From Folioceros fuciformis (Eukaryota), in the NCBI GenBank assembly GCA_049999805.1, contig JBNGIO010006298.1:215307-249308 (forward strand): a DNA stretch of 34,002 nt, in the 5' to 3' direction. The notes under the pieces are model-generated. The model worked only from the letters and a program-made list of their open reading frames with translations. It was not told where the DNA came from and did no database searches. The position numbers and the translations under genes were made by a program. Shown in pieces: positions 24,012 through 34,002 of the stretch. The first letter of the stretch is position 1, and every line of letters begins with the position of its first letter.

Positions 24012-25454
24012 GCAATCCGCGTTTCTTCACATTCATTAGTCCGCTTGACGCTCGCTTCCTCAAAACGTATGACTTCGAAGTTCCAGGAAACTCTCGCTTC
24101 ACAATTCCAGGATCGCTGGGTCTTTTTGTTGATTTGCAGGCCTCGAGCGTCGATCGTCTCCAAGAAAACGGACCAAGGGTATATCAAGGAGATAGCACTA
24201 ACATAGGCTATCAATTGTCAGCTGCTGAGTGTGAAGTAGATGTATGTTACGAGTTGCAATTTCTCCATGGTCGGAAAGCACCGACTTGCAAACTATGTTC
24301 AGCAGACGTTCTTACAGCCGGAAGTCGCAACGTTCTCATCCAATACTTTCCATAGCGGACCAGAAACCTCACGAAATTGGCACATGAAAGGCTGGTGGTG
24401 GTTTCCCACGCTACGGTCCACTGAAACAAGTTGTAGAGCGCATCTTAGGTTGCCCCTTTCCACACGATCTCAAGCCTTCCATGACCATACAGAAAAGAAG
24501 GCGAAGAGCCTTAATGGTTCCATGAGCCCCGCGTGCGAGTACCAAGGGTGGGCTCCAGTCAAACAGGACCCAGACTCGGGTCAAGTTGCGTTTGCACAGG
24601 ACACAGCAGTCAAAAGTGAAGTCGATAGGGTCTTGTCCGTGGCTGGAGTATACCGGCTGGGCTGAGGGTTCTGCAATTCTCGAGTCGGACATCAACACAT
24701 TACAATCTGCAAATTCGCTACACTCGGGCGCAGGTTGCCAGGTAAACGAGCAGGCGATTCCTCTTGTTTCTTTGCCTTCCTTCGCCTCTTTATTCTTTCT
24801 CGAATTCGTCTCCTGTTGACGTACAGGACTGCATGTATGTGAAAGGAGTTTTGTCCCTCCAATGCGAGAGGCCGTACCGTGCCGAGTGCGACAACGTGGT
24901 CGGGCTGTCCAGCGAGATAATGCTATTACACACGAGTGTACTTTTCGGCAATCACAGTTATCAGGCAATTAACACCGTCTGCACGATGCTCCCAATCACT
25001 CCGGATAAGCTGAGGAAGAAGCTCAGCTTTGTGAGCAGGTACTTGCTTTCATAGTCATGACGTGCTTGAAAACCTTGAGTGAGCACACCTTACTGCCAGT
25101 GCCAGAATATCACTCCGCATGAAGTTCAGTATGTATCTACAAACTACATACTTGGTCCTTCCCCAACGGTTTAGCATATGTGAAGGGAGGACTTTGGCAC
25201 AAATCTCGTGCAGAAGATTCATTGCATATGATAGAGAGACCTCGTGCAGGTGACCGCACACCACACCAGACAGGTCGGCATACAAGTCAAATGGGACGAT
25301 ATCCATAGACTCGTAGCACATGCTCTTTGTGCTAACGAGACGGGGTACTAATTTGTGCTTTTGATTGGCTGATCCTCAGCTCCCCATCGCTCCAGATAAA
25401 CTGAGGATACGCGGCGGCCGTGGCTTGGCTAGGCAACACAGTTTTGCCACGGTG

Positions 25455-26163
25455 CCATTGTGCACGGGGATATCGATGAAGGTAGCAGAAGAACGCCTCG
25501 TGTTTCCACGTCTTTCTCTTCTCTCTCCCGCCCCCCCCCGCCCCACGGGACGCTGCTGCAATTCGCAATATGTTGTGCAGCCGGAGAACATACTTGTCAT
25601 GGCAGACGGGCACATCAAGATCATCGATGTTTGGAGTGCCAAGATGCTCCAACCTATCCCACATGCCATCCTTGTACAGATTGAAGGTCGGCTGTTGTTG
25701 CAAGCTGTCAAGGTAATGCTGTGAGGATCGGCGTACTTGATAGTCAAGTGAGTCGAAGGGGGGGGGGGAGGAAAAATCACTCGCAGGTGCCTTTGTCCTT
25801 CCTTCCTCTTGCCCCCAGGCAAACAAGGCCCGAGGGTGCGCGTCTAGGAAGCGCAGGGTATGTATCGCCCGACGTTCTGAATCGCTACACTGTTACCAAC
25901 GGGTGCGTGCATGCACGGATAGATATACCGACCCTTCGTTTGAGAGAAGAGTGCCGATCCTCACTGTCAGCTCCTAGACTCAGCTGACTCTGTTCACTGT
26001 TAATCTTGTCAGGGCGGATTTACGGGCTTTGTACTGCGTCATCTTCGACATGCTGGAAGGGAAGCCGGCGTTTGGAGCCCAGGGCCGTGAGGGTGACGAT
26101 CACTCATACCAGCAGGTGACATTACGGCAGCTTAGGATTCCTAACCACTTTAACCCTGAGGCC
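25455..26163 (+). pseudogene. Partial unprocessed duplicate of the PDK1-like gene
   Basis: Collinear copy of ~23043-23722, including three introns. HRD>HGD, DFG>DVW, DLWALGC>DLRALYC; both the N- and C-terminal exons are missing. Confidence 0.92.
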
Positions 26164-26880
26164 CTTCAGGTTTTTCTGGTTTTGACATGCTTGCGATGTT
26201 AGGGAGTGCGTGGGTATACGTTTGGTCACTGCCTGCAGTTCGAGTTATCCACTGCCGAGACCTTGCAATGGATGCTGGCCTTCATGCAAGGCAGTCACGC
26301 GTGATCGACGTTACATCACCCAAGCAATGGGCACAGTTGATGTTCGTACGTCTCGACAGCAAACTCCAGTATGCGCTCTTCAATTGATGGCATGGATTGT
26401 GATTCACATTGTGCGCGTACATCTTTGTGTTTCAGATGGAGAAGAAACCACATCCTTCTTCGACTGTGGCGGCAGGGGACGGTCATGAAACCCGCCATGG
26501 ATGTTGGAGAGTTTTGTCATGTGGCCTGGGAGGTAATGTCCGGCCAATCTTGGGTTTGTCGTCTTGCAAGTGTCAAAATCCTAAACATTTCCGAGTTGAC
26601 AGACAAGAATGTTGCATTGTTTGTGCCAAGTCGGGTGGCTCTCAAAATCTGCCAAGTTGGAAACCAACGGCTTCTAAAGCTACATGGGTGGCTGCTTCTC
26701 ACCCTGATTGCAGGACTAGGATGGATTTATCGAATCCATCTGTCGCATGCGTTGTCTGTCTTGGCCTGGTCCTGGCCACGCCTGATCAGCTCCAACACTC
26801 TAGCCCAGGCTTGAAATTCCAAATTCACAATCCCAGCAGCTGACGAGGGACCAAGCTGAACAGCAGCAGTTTCTGAAGTG

Positions 26881-27796
26881 GGGACGCCAAGTTCCGGAGA
26901 TTTGCAAAAGCCATCAGCAAAAGCATCGTCAAGGCAGTCATTCTTGATCGACGTTAAATGGTTTCTCCCCAACGTTCCGTAGTGGAACATGGGTGCTCCC
27001 CAAAACGGAGAGCAAGGGTAAGGGTGGCGGCGCTTACTGGAACTGCGAGGCAATTTGCAAGTTCATACACAAGATTGATCTCATCCACGCCGCCTCTTTG
27101 GCTCTTTCGATGAAGGAAGAATTTTGGGTACGTGGTCTGCTAGTTTTGTTATGCATGCATGCGAGTCTTGGCCGGCCGTCCTTGAGCCAGACGCCGGTTC
27201 GTCGCTCAGCAGCTTCCTCGTTCACGTTGTGTATGTTGTATTTTCCGCAGCCTCGGTGACGAAGCAGGGCCGTGCATCTGCAAATCCCAACGGCCAGAAA
27301 TGATTTGTGGCGACCGAGATGCAGGCGAGATTCGCTTTTGTCCAGGACTGCCAGGCCTTCGCGTGGGCTCAAGCACTGAAGGAAGGAGATCTGCTGGTGT
27401 TCCACCTGATGGGCAGGTCGCTGCTGACCATCCTTATTTTTCAACTCTGACGGCAGCCTGAAGCGGGACACGGATAGTTGGATTGTGGTGCCAGGCTCTG
27501 AGCCTCGCTTGCGGAGACTGCGCAAGGTTGTTGAAGGAGACTCGGAATCCTTGCCTGACAAAAAGGAAAGTGACGCGGTGCGCAACGCTTCCCCCCTGGC
27601 CCATCAGCACAAGCAGCCCGCAGCATCGGCGAAGCAAGATTCGTTTAGCTGGCGAATATGGAGGACTGGCTTCGAAGCCGCCCAGCAGTCACTGGCACAA
27701 GTCGGGGAGGACGACAAAGCGAGGTTGAGGGTCCTGGATCCTCTTGTAAAGTTTGCGCCGGTGAAGCGAGCAACCCACGAAGGAACGCGAGAGTGA
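26881..27796 (+). pseudogene. B3 DNA-binding domain (REM-like) pseudogene
   Basis: The exon from 27251 reads NGQK*FV...AFAWAQALKEGDLLVFHLMGRSLLTILIF/NSDG, matching the B3 C-terminal half. TGA at 27301 replaces the conserved Trp and a +1 T at 27437-27441 shifts the frame. Upstream FRRFAKAISKSIV (~26890) fits the B3 start. A second decayed domain may extend back to ~26270. Confidence 0.65.
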
Positions 27797-28319
27797 CGAT
27801 ACGAAGGAACGGAGGAAGGTGCAGGGTTCGCAGACATGCAGGCTCTGCATTGCAGGGGCCGAATGCGAGAGGAAAATGTTAACTTCAGCAAAATTTGTGT
27901 AGAGGGAAGGGGGCTTGTCCCAATTGTAAGTCACGAGTGGACCGCCTGCTCCGTCGCGGCTCCATGTTTCCATCGGGGGAGAGAAGTGACAAAGAACGAT
28001 GGCCCAGCTGAAACGCTCATCGTGAAACGCGGGAATGTGTCCCTTAAAGGAATTGATGCACTCGCTTATGTATCTTGTGTTCAAGCTGGTAAGCATACGT
28101 TACCAACGCAGCTTTCTTGCTTTGATCAGGATCTAATTCACTACCACTGGTGTCGATCTGGTGTACAACTCAAAGAGGATAAATCACAGCGCGACGGATT
28201 CGCATAACTGTGTATATATGTGCTTGTCTCAGGGACTATCCAGGTACTTCTGTATGCGGCACATTGGGGAGTGAATTCGATCATCTCCGGCATTGATAGC
28301 CTCTACAGACATAACCTCA

Positions 28320-28398
28320 AGAGTCCAGGCCTGCACTGAGAGAGTCCAGGCCTGCACTCAGATGTCCCTCAACAGTCCAGGTCTGCAATCAGATGTCC
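28320..28398. repeat. Short imperfect tandem repeat, 3 copies
   Basis: agtccagg(c/t)ctgca(c/a)t occurs three times. Confidence 0.75.
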
Positions 28399-28814
28399 GA
28401 AATTCGGCTTGGACCGTAGTTTGAACATTGAGTTCGGAGCAACCATAAGCGAAAGATTCGTGTTCACACAGAGAGGGTGGACGGAAGAGGTAACCTGGTC
28501 CCTTCACATACTACCTCGCCACTTAATGCTCGGAGACGACGACAAGAGGGATGGTTACAAAGTCGATAGGTACTCTACTCTACATCAGTGTGTCTAACAT
28601 GAATAATCAAAGGGTTTAACATGAGACATGAAGATCAGAGACAAATCATGGAAACTAAATGACCCAGATTGTCGGCGGGCCACGAGCAACAGAGCGTAGG
28701 AGAGAGCGATGCGAGGGACAAGACGACGACGAGACGGAGAGGTAGGGGGAAGAGGGACATTTCGTCAAATATTTGCAAGGAAAAAAGACGAATGCTTTAC
28801 AAGAGGTCTAAGGC

Positions 28815-29609
28815 CTAGACGGGGTAGGGAAGTTGAAGGACGAAGAGCAGAAAGTATGCCCAGGCGACGCCAGAGAGGCCACCGAAGAAGAACCCACCGG
28901 AGAAGCCGGCCCAGCCCTCCGCGGTTTGCAGCTTGTCGGCCACCTTCTTCCTTCCAGTGAGCGTCAGGCTTGGGGCCGCAGAGGCAGTACCCTCCTTGAA
29001 CTGGGCAATGCCGTAGATGGTGAGGCCGAGTGTGAGGATGACCACCAAGCCGGCCGCGCCCACAGATCCCGCCAAGCCCGCCACCTCCGTGTTCCGCAGA
29101 GGCCCTGTCTTCACGAACGGGCCCACCAAGAAGAACCCGTGGGCGAGCCCCACCTCCACCCCCCGCAGGAGCGGGTTCACGGCGGTGCGGTACGCAGGCA
29201 GGCTGGACAGATACCATGCCACCAGGGGACTCGAGGTCACTGGGGTTTCCAGCGATCCTACGAACGGGTCCCCATTGATGGGCTCGATCACTTGGTACTG
29301 CACAGACACGGACAGCTCAGTCAATCATCCCAGTCTCTCAAGCAACGAAATGGAAGGGAATGGAATGCAACGCAATGCGGGCTGGGCAGCAGACACAAAC
29401 CCAAACCCAAACCCGCAGAGTACCTTCTCAGCGCGGACTTGGAGGGCGCGGGGCGAGGTCCTGGGGGCGGAGATGTGCGCGGCTCGGAGCCCGGCAACGT
29501 TGCCTAGGAAGCTGGTGGAGGCCTTGTGGGAAAGCCTGCGGGATGCCGCGGGCTGTTCCAGGGACAGCAGCCCTCCAACCGCCACCATAGAAGCTGCAGC
29601 GGTGGCCAT
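28815..29609 (-). CDS. PSAL: Photosystem I subunit XI (PsaL) with chloroplast transit peptide, 222 aa
   Basis: Motifs [48 protein letters not shown] and [13 protein letters not shown]. Exons 29609-29424 and 29297-28815. Confidence 0.98.
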
Positions 29610-30053
29610 AGCTACGATAAAGGTAGCGGGATGGGCTGTGAGGAGAAATAAGGCGGAACTGGGCTGGAATGAAGCACGCTCCGCAAGCTCGAGAGCGCAC
29701 AGGGGATTGACTACAGAGGAAGGGGAAGTGGTGAAGCTACGGGTGCACACAGCAAAGCGGTACCCAGGAGGGCGTTGATAGGCCAGCTCCCGTTCACTCT
29801 GGATAAGCCTGGGATTGGATTTTCACGGGTGCAAATGCCTAACACACGATCCGGACTGGGCACAACGGCAAACCCTGGTGACCATCTTTTCAATTACCTT
29901 TACACCCGACAGTTGCGGTTGAAGATCATTTTAGAGGGTTTGGAGACTATAGCCTTGAGTACAAATCCACCAAAAACGAATCAATGTACGAGGGTGTTTT
30001 AATTATTCATCATGGGCGATGCCATGGCTCCGTTGTTAAATATTTATTTATAA

Positions 30054-30087
<34 letters not shown>
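30054..30087. repeat. (AAT)n microsatellite
   Basis: About 11 AAT units. Confidence 0.95.
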
Positions 30088-30088
<1 letters not shown>

Positions 30089-30140
30089 ATCAAAATAACT
30101 TAAGGGTTCTCAATAAAGATAATGGCATGTACATGTACAT

Positions 30141-30378
30141 CTTAGGGACTATAGCCCTATAGTTCCAATCTTAGGAATTGAAGGCATGTAGCTCCAATCT
30201 TGGGGACCACACTCATATAGCTCCAATCTTAGGGACCACACTCATGTAGCCCCAATCTTAGGGACTACACTCATATAGCCCCAATCTTAGGGACCACGCT
30301 CATATAGCCCCAATCTTAGGGACTATACTCATATAGCCCCAAAATTAGAGACCATAATCATATAGCTCCAATCTTAGG
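30141..30378. repeat. 29-bp minisatellite, ~8 copies
   Basis: Consensus cttagggaccacactcatatagccccaat, head to tail with no spacers. Confidence 0.95.
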
Positions 30379-30471
30379 GTCCAACCTTAAGTTCAAAAGG
30401 AGAAGCCCCAAAAAGAGAAGAAGCACTCTAAGCCCAAGAAGGCAACAACCCCTCGAAGCATTTAGTGGTAC

Positions 30472-30840
30472 AAGGAGCACCTTTAGGCTTTGGTAGCAAA
30501 GACTCGAGAGGATAACCCTACCAAAGGAGCACCTTTAGGCTTTGGTAGCAAAGACTCGAGAGGATAACCCTACCAGTGAACTGCTAATGGCCAAGGCCAC
30601 TTTGACTATGGTCATTCTAATAGAGCAACTAGGTTAGGGTAGACTAGCCCTATCAATGATCTACAAATAGCCAAGGTTACTTTGACTATGGCCATTGTAG
30701 TAGAGTTGCTAGCCCTACTAATGATCTACAAAGGCCAAGGCCTCTTTAACTATAGCCATTCACGTAGAGCGGCTAGCCCTAGCAATGATCTACTAATGGC
30801 CAAAACCACTTTGACTATGCCCATTCTTGTAGAGCGACCA
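30472..30840. repeat. Perfect 52-bp duplication (30472-30575) followed by ~4 degenerate ~64-bp units
   Basis: aaggagcacctttaggctttggtagcaaagactcgagaggataaccctacca occurs twice, then ctagcccta..aatgatctac.aatggccaaggccactttgactatggccatt...tagag units. Confidence 0.88.
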
Positions 30841-31901
30841 ATGGCTAAGCAACCTATGTCCCAAGGTGGGAATCCATGGAGAAGAAAGGCTCCCTCCTTA
30901 CTAGTAATTGCCGCAGCATTTAAATTCCCACATCTATCGAGATGCTAAGGCCTACCAATAATCTACCATGGTTCATGATGCGAATGCGCACTACTCAAAG
31001 TTGACAAGATCAACGACGGTGTACAAGGAGGGCCTTTCCTTTTTCTAAATCTTAGAAAGAAGGGTTAGGATTGTTCTTAAGGAGAAGCAAGATCAGTTAT
31101 TTAAGCTAACATTGGATCCTTCTCCATTAATTGTAGCCGCTTTCTTTTAGATTTGTGAGTTTCCATCGAACTTTCTCTCGTGTTCGTCCCTTGAGGTACC
31201 CCTTCACCACCACTCCTAGAATTGGATCTAATATTTGGAGGGTAGGGGCTCACTTATCCTTTGGTGCAAGGAACGTCTCCCTTCGTTGGAGTGCTTTTCT
31301 CACTATCATCCTCCCTCCCTATGTAGATAGGTTCCCTACATAGATAGGTTCCTTTTCCCCATCTCGGACTCCTTTTTTTTTTTTCGCGAAGAAAAAGGTC
31401 TGATTATCCGTAGCTCAAGCTACATCCACAGTACAGCACTTGCACGCACAACTGCGAAGGCGTTAGTCTAACCGCAAACTCCTAGACTGCAGACGTGAAC
31501 AAATCTGATCTATCGTGCCAACAAGAGAACCCTCTTCAATTGGTGGCTCACCTCCCCCACGGGCAAGAGTGGTTCCACTAGCCATTATGCCCGAGGAATC
31601 TGGCTATCTTCCACTGAGTTTGTCTGAGCTTGTTGTAGGCGAAAGTACGAATGCTCTTCGCAGTCACCAGGACCTGTTCCTAGATACGCCAAAGTAGAGC
31701 TTTCCTTGATACCGGGTCGTTACCGCCATAGACCATTGCTGTCCAATTTTGCCATAAGGCGAAGAGGGACTGTGGGGGAAAATATTGCACTCGAGGGTGC
31801 TGCGAGGTCCACACAAACCCTCTTTGTCGTTATAGCCCTTGGATTCGATCGCAAGGGAATGATTTGTGTCAAATAACACTGGTTTCTTCTAAAAGTCAAT
31901 T

Positions 31902-32138
31902 ACTACCTAGGACGGGCTTTAACTACCCCAGCTGCACTACCTGCTATTTCAACTACCCCTACCTCCGTCCCTGGACTACCTAACAGACCTACTCGGCTAC
32001 CGAGGTACGGGTCTCTACCACTACCGACCCTTCAACTACCGAGGTAGGGTCTCAACTACCGGTAGTGGATTCCACTACCTCCGTCGTCGCTCGACTACCG
32101 GTAGCCCCTTCGACTACCAGCGTTGTCTTTCCACTACT
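31902..32138. repeat. Irregular array of ACTACC/CTACC motifs
   Basis: About 14 copies in ~235 bp, including the palindrome ACTACCGGTAGT at 32055. Confidence 0.85.
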
Positions 32139-32662
32139 GTGGTGTGTCCCACCCCAAACACTAACTAATTATTTTCGATGCAAACGCCGCCGCGGGTTTC
32201 CACCCATGGGTTTCTACCCAGGACATTCCAGACTCACAGGGCTGGGTTATTCGATGCTCCTCACACATGCAAGGGCTGATCCTTGGAGAACGAAGTCTTG
32301 TGGATCAGCCACACCTCCCCACACACTCATGCACACTCCACTCACACAAAACACACACAAGAGCTCTAGTCCTCAGTTATTTTCAAAGGCATGCCCCCAA
32401 GGGCTTCAATCTCCAACACTATCCACCAATCTTCAGCAAATTTTCAGCAACCTCGCACAATCCCTCATGAGCTTCAACAAGCTCCCACAGCCACTCACAA
32501 ACACTTCAAAATCTTGCAGAAATCCTCCAAGATTCGCATCCAAATCTTCAGCACTCTTCCTCCATTCTCAAGCAACTTCTCAGCCATTTTCTCTAGCTCT
32601 CCAGCAATCTCTCCAGAAATCTTACAGCAACTCCAGCAACCTCTCATAATCCTCCTCAAACA

Positions 32663-34002
32663 TGTTAGAAGAGAACCCCGTTATGGTTCTTGTATAAACG
32701 TAGCAGCTTATTAGCTGATAGTTATTTATACCTAGGTTAATTTGAATAGACATGACTCTTGGACAGTTTTGATATATCAGACACACTTTGTATGTTCATG
32801 ATAACATAACTCACTTTGTTTTCAAGCACCTGCGTGCATGAGTACATCTGATTTAGAAACATGGTATCAGAGCACCAGGCTTTGATACACGATCTGATTT
32901 ACTGTCTGTATTAATATACTCGGCTATGGTAGGTGCATGTAGCAAAAGGGGATTATAGGACACAAAATCCATGAGTCACAAAAATTGTGATTCCAGGATC
33001 GTGTGTCTAAAGTTCCTTCTCACTACCTACATTACCACGTTAGCAATGTAATATGTTTTAGAATCTGCATGACAATAAACAAGAGACTTCCGCTGTGTGG
33101 ATCTGTCTGTTGTAACGCAGCAGATCATGCTACTCTAATCATAAAATGACTCGACGGGGGCTTTCTCTCGTCGAGCATACACCTTTGTTACCCTGCAGTC
33201 GACCCACAATTAGGCGTCAGGATCAGGCTTCCAGGACTGTACGAGATTATCACGCAGGCCAGGAAGATATCCCTTACACATTGCATTTCTCTCGAACTCC
33301 AAACAGGGTGCATATTGAAAGACATCCGGAATCTCGAGACTCACAAGAGGACGACTTGCGGGAAACATTCCGATCTCGGGCTACCAACCTGCCGGAGATA
33401 GTCGGAGCTTACCGAGTGCTGAATGACAGGTTGAACACCACAGAATCGGCCTTATTCACTGTGCTTTCACGACAGGGCGAAGTTCACACTGCGCGCCATC
33501 AAGAGACCTTGGCAGCGGTGGATCTACTCCTGCGCAAACAGACGACGCTGATAGAGGATGTCAGGAAACTCACTGATCTCATGACTGAATTGCAACACAA
33601 ATCAGTGCACGACTCGAGCCCGTATCCTGCTGCAGCAGCTCTGCTCCATGCGCTGGACCCTGTCCGTGAGAAGCCCAGATTCCATGCGTCGCCTTCAGCG
33701 CGGTAGGGCGCATCTGCAGATTCGTGCTCGCTGTGTTTTTCTGGCGGGAGGCGCCTCGACCTACAGGTGCCTGCTCGCAGCAAGAACTCACAGGACGCGA
33801 CTCTGCACCCAGCCACTCGAAGACACACCACGTCAGCCATCTCCAGACTCTAACCGTCAACTGACGCCCACTGTGGTGTCCCGTGACATCTGACCTCGCG
33901 GCTCGCGCCTCTTCACCGACCCTTGGTGCCCCTCTCCTACGCTTCATCTGTCAGCCTCCTACAGCATCTCGACCTACCTCGAGAAGAGTACCTTATGCAA
34001 TC
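32663..34002 (+). mobile_element. 5' end of an LTR retrotransposon: 199-bp LTR (32663-32861) and tRNA-iMet PBS (32862-32873); continues beyond the window
   Basis: TGTT...AACA termini, internal TATAAA, and perfect TGGTATCAGAGC directly after the terminal CA. The LTR start is inferred because the second LTR is not in the window. Confidence 0.75.
33146..33706 (+). CDS. Hypothetical 186-aa ORF inside the LTR element, coiled-coil-like (Gag N-terminus or an accessory ORF)
   Basis: First long ATG ORF after the PBS, in context aaaATGa, with heptad-like LLLRKQTTLIEDVRKLTDLMTELQ. No zinc knuckle is seen. Confidence 0.5.
   Translation: MTRRGLSLVEHTPLLPCSRPTIRRQDQASRTVRDYHAGQEDIPYTLHFSRTPNRVHIERHPESRDSQEDDLRETFRSRATNLPEIVGAYRVLNDRLNTTESALFTVLSRQGEVHTARHQETLAAVDLLLRKQTTLIEDVRKLTDLMTELQHKSVHDSSPYPAAAALLHALDPVREKPRFHASPSAR

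Noticed and set aside
24210..25330. PH-domain exons of PDK1, or a separate gene
   Set aside because: No PH-like motifs were found and no consistent exon chain could be built; only a short hydrophobic minus-strand stretch near 24961-25060.
30141..30378. 29-bp array as a CRISPR array
   Set aside because: The units are head to tail with no unique spacers, there are no cas genes, and the context is eukaryotic.

Overview
Eukaryotic land-plant nuclear DNA, probably from a non-seed plant. This is an inference from the GC-rich exons, ~70-150 nt introns, nuclear PsaL, PH-less PDK1 and single-domain DUF26 protein; the species cannot be named. In order, the window holds: the 5' half of a diterpene synthase (-); a CpG-depleted decayed element block with a tRNA-iMet primer-binding site (PBS) and tandem repeats; ATG13 (-); an NPF/PTR transporter pseudogene (-); a serine-rich HPGSFRC-motif protein (-); an 18-exon TMEM104-like transporter (-); a secreted Gnk2/DUF26-like protein (+); a divergent PDK1-like kinase (+) with a dead partial duplicate; a B3-domain pseudogene (+); PsaL (-); a repeat block; and the 5' end of an LTR retroelement. 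Gene models were spliced by eye and family calls come from remembered motifs, not database searches. No CRISPR array, rRNA gene or tRNA gene is seen. I found no clearly new multi-gene system. The best leads are the LTR-less PBS element, the TMEM104-like gene, the altered PDK1, the ATG13 uORFs and the duplicated micro-exons in the terpene synthase.
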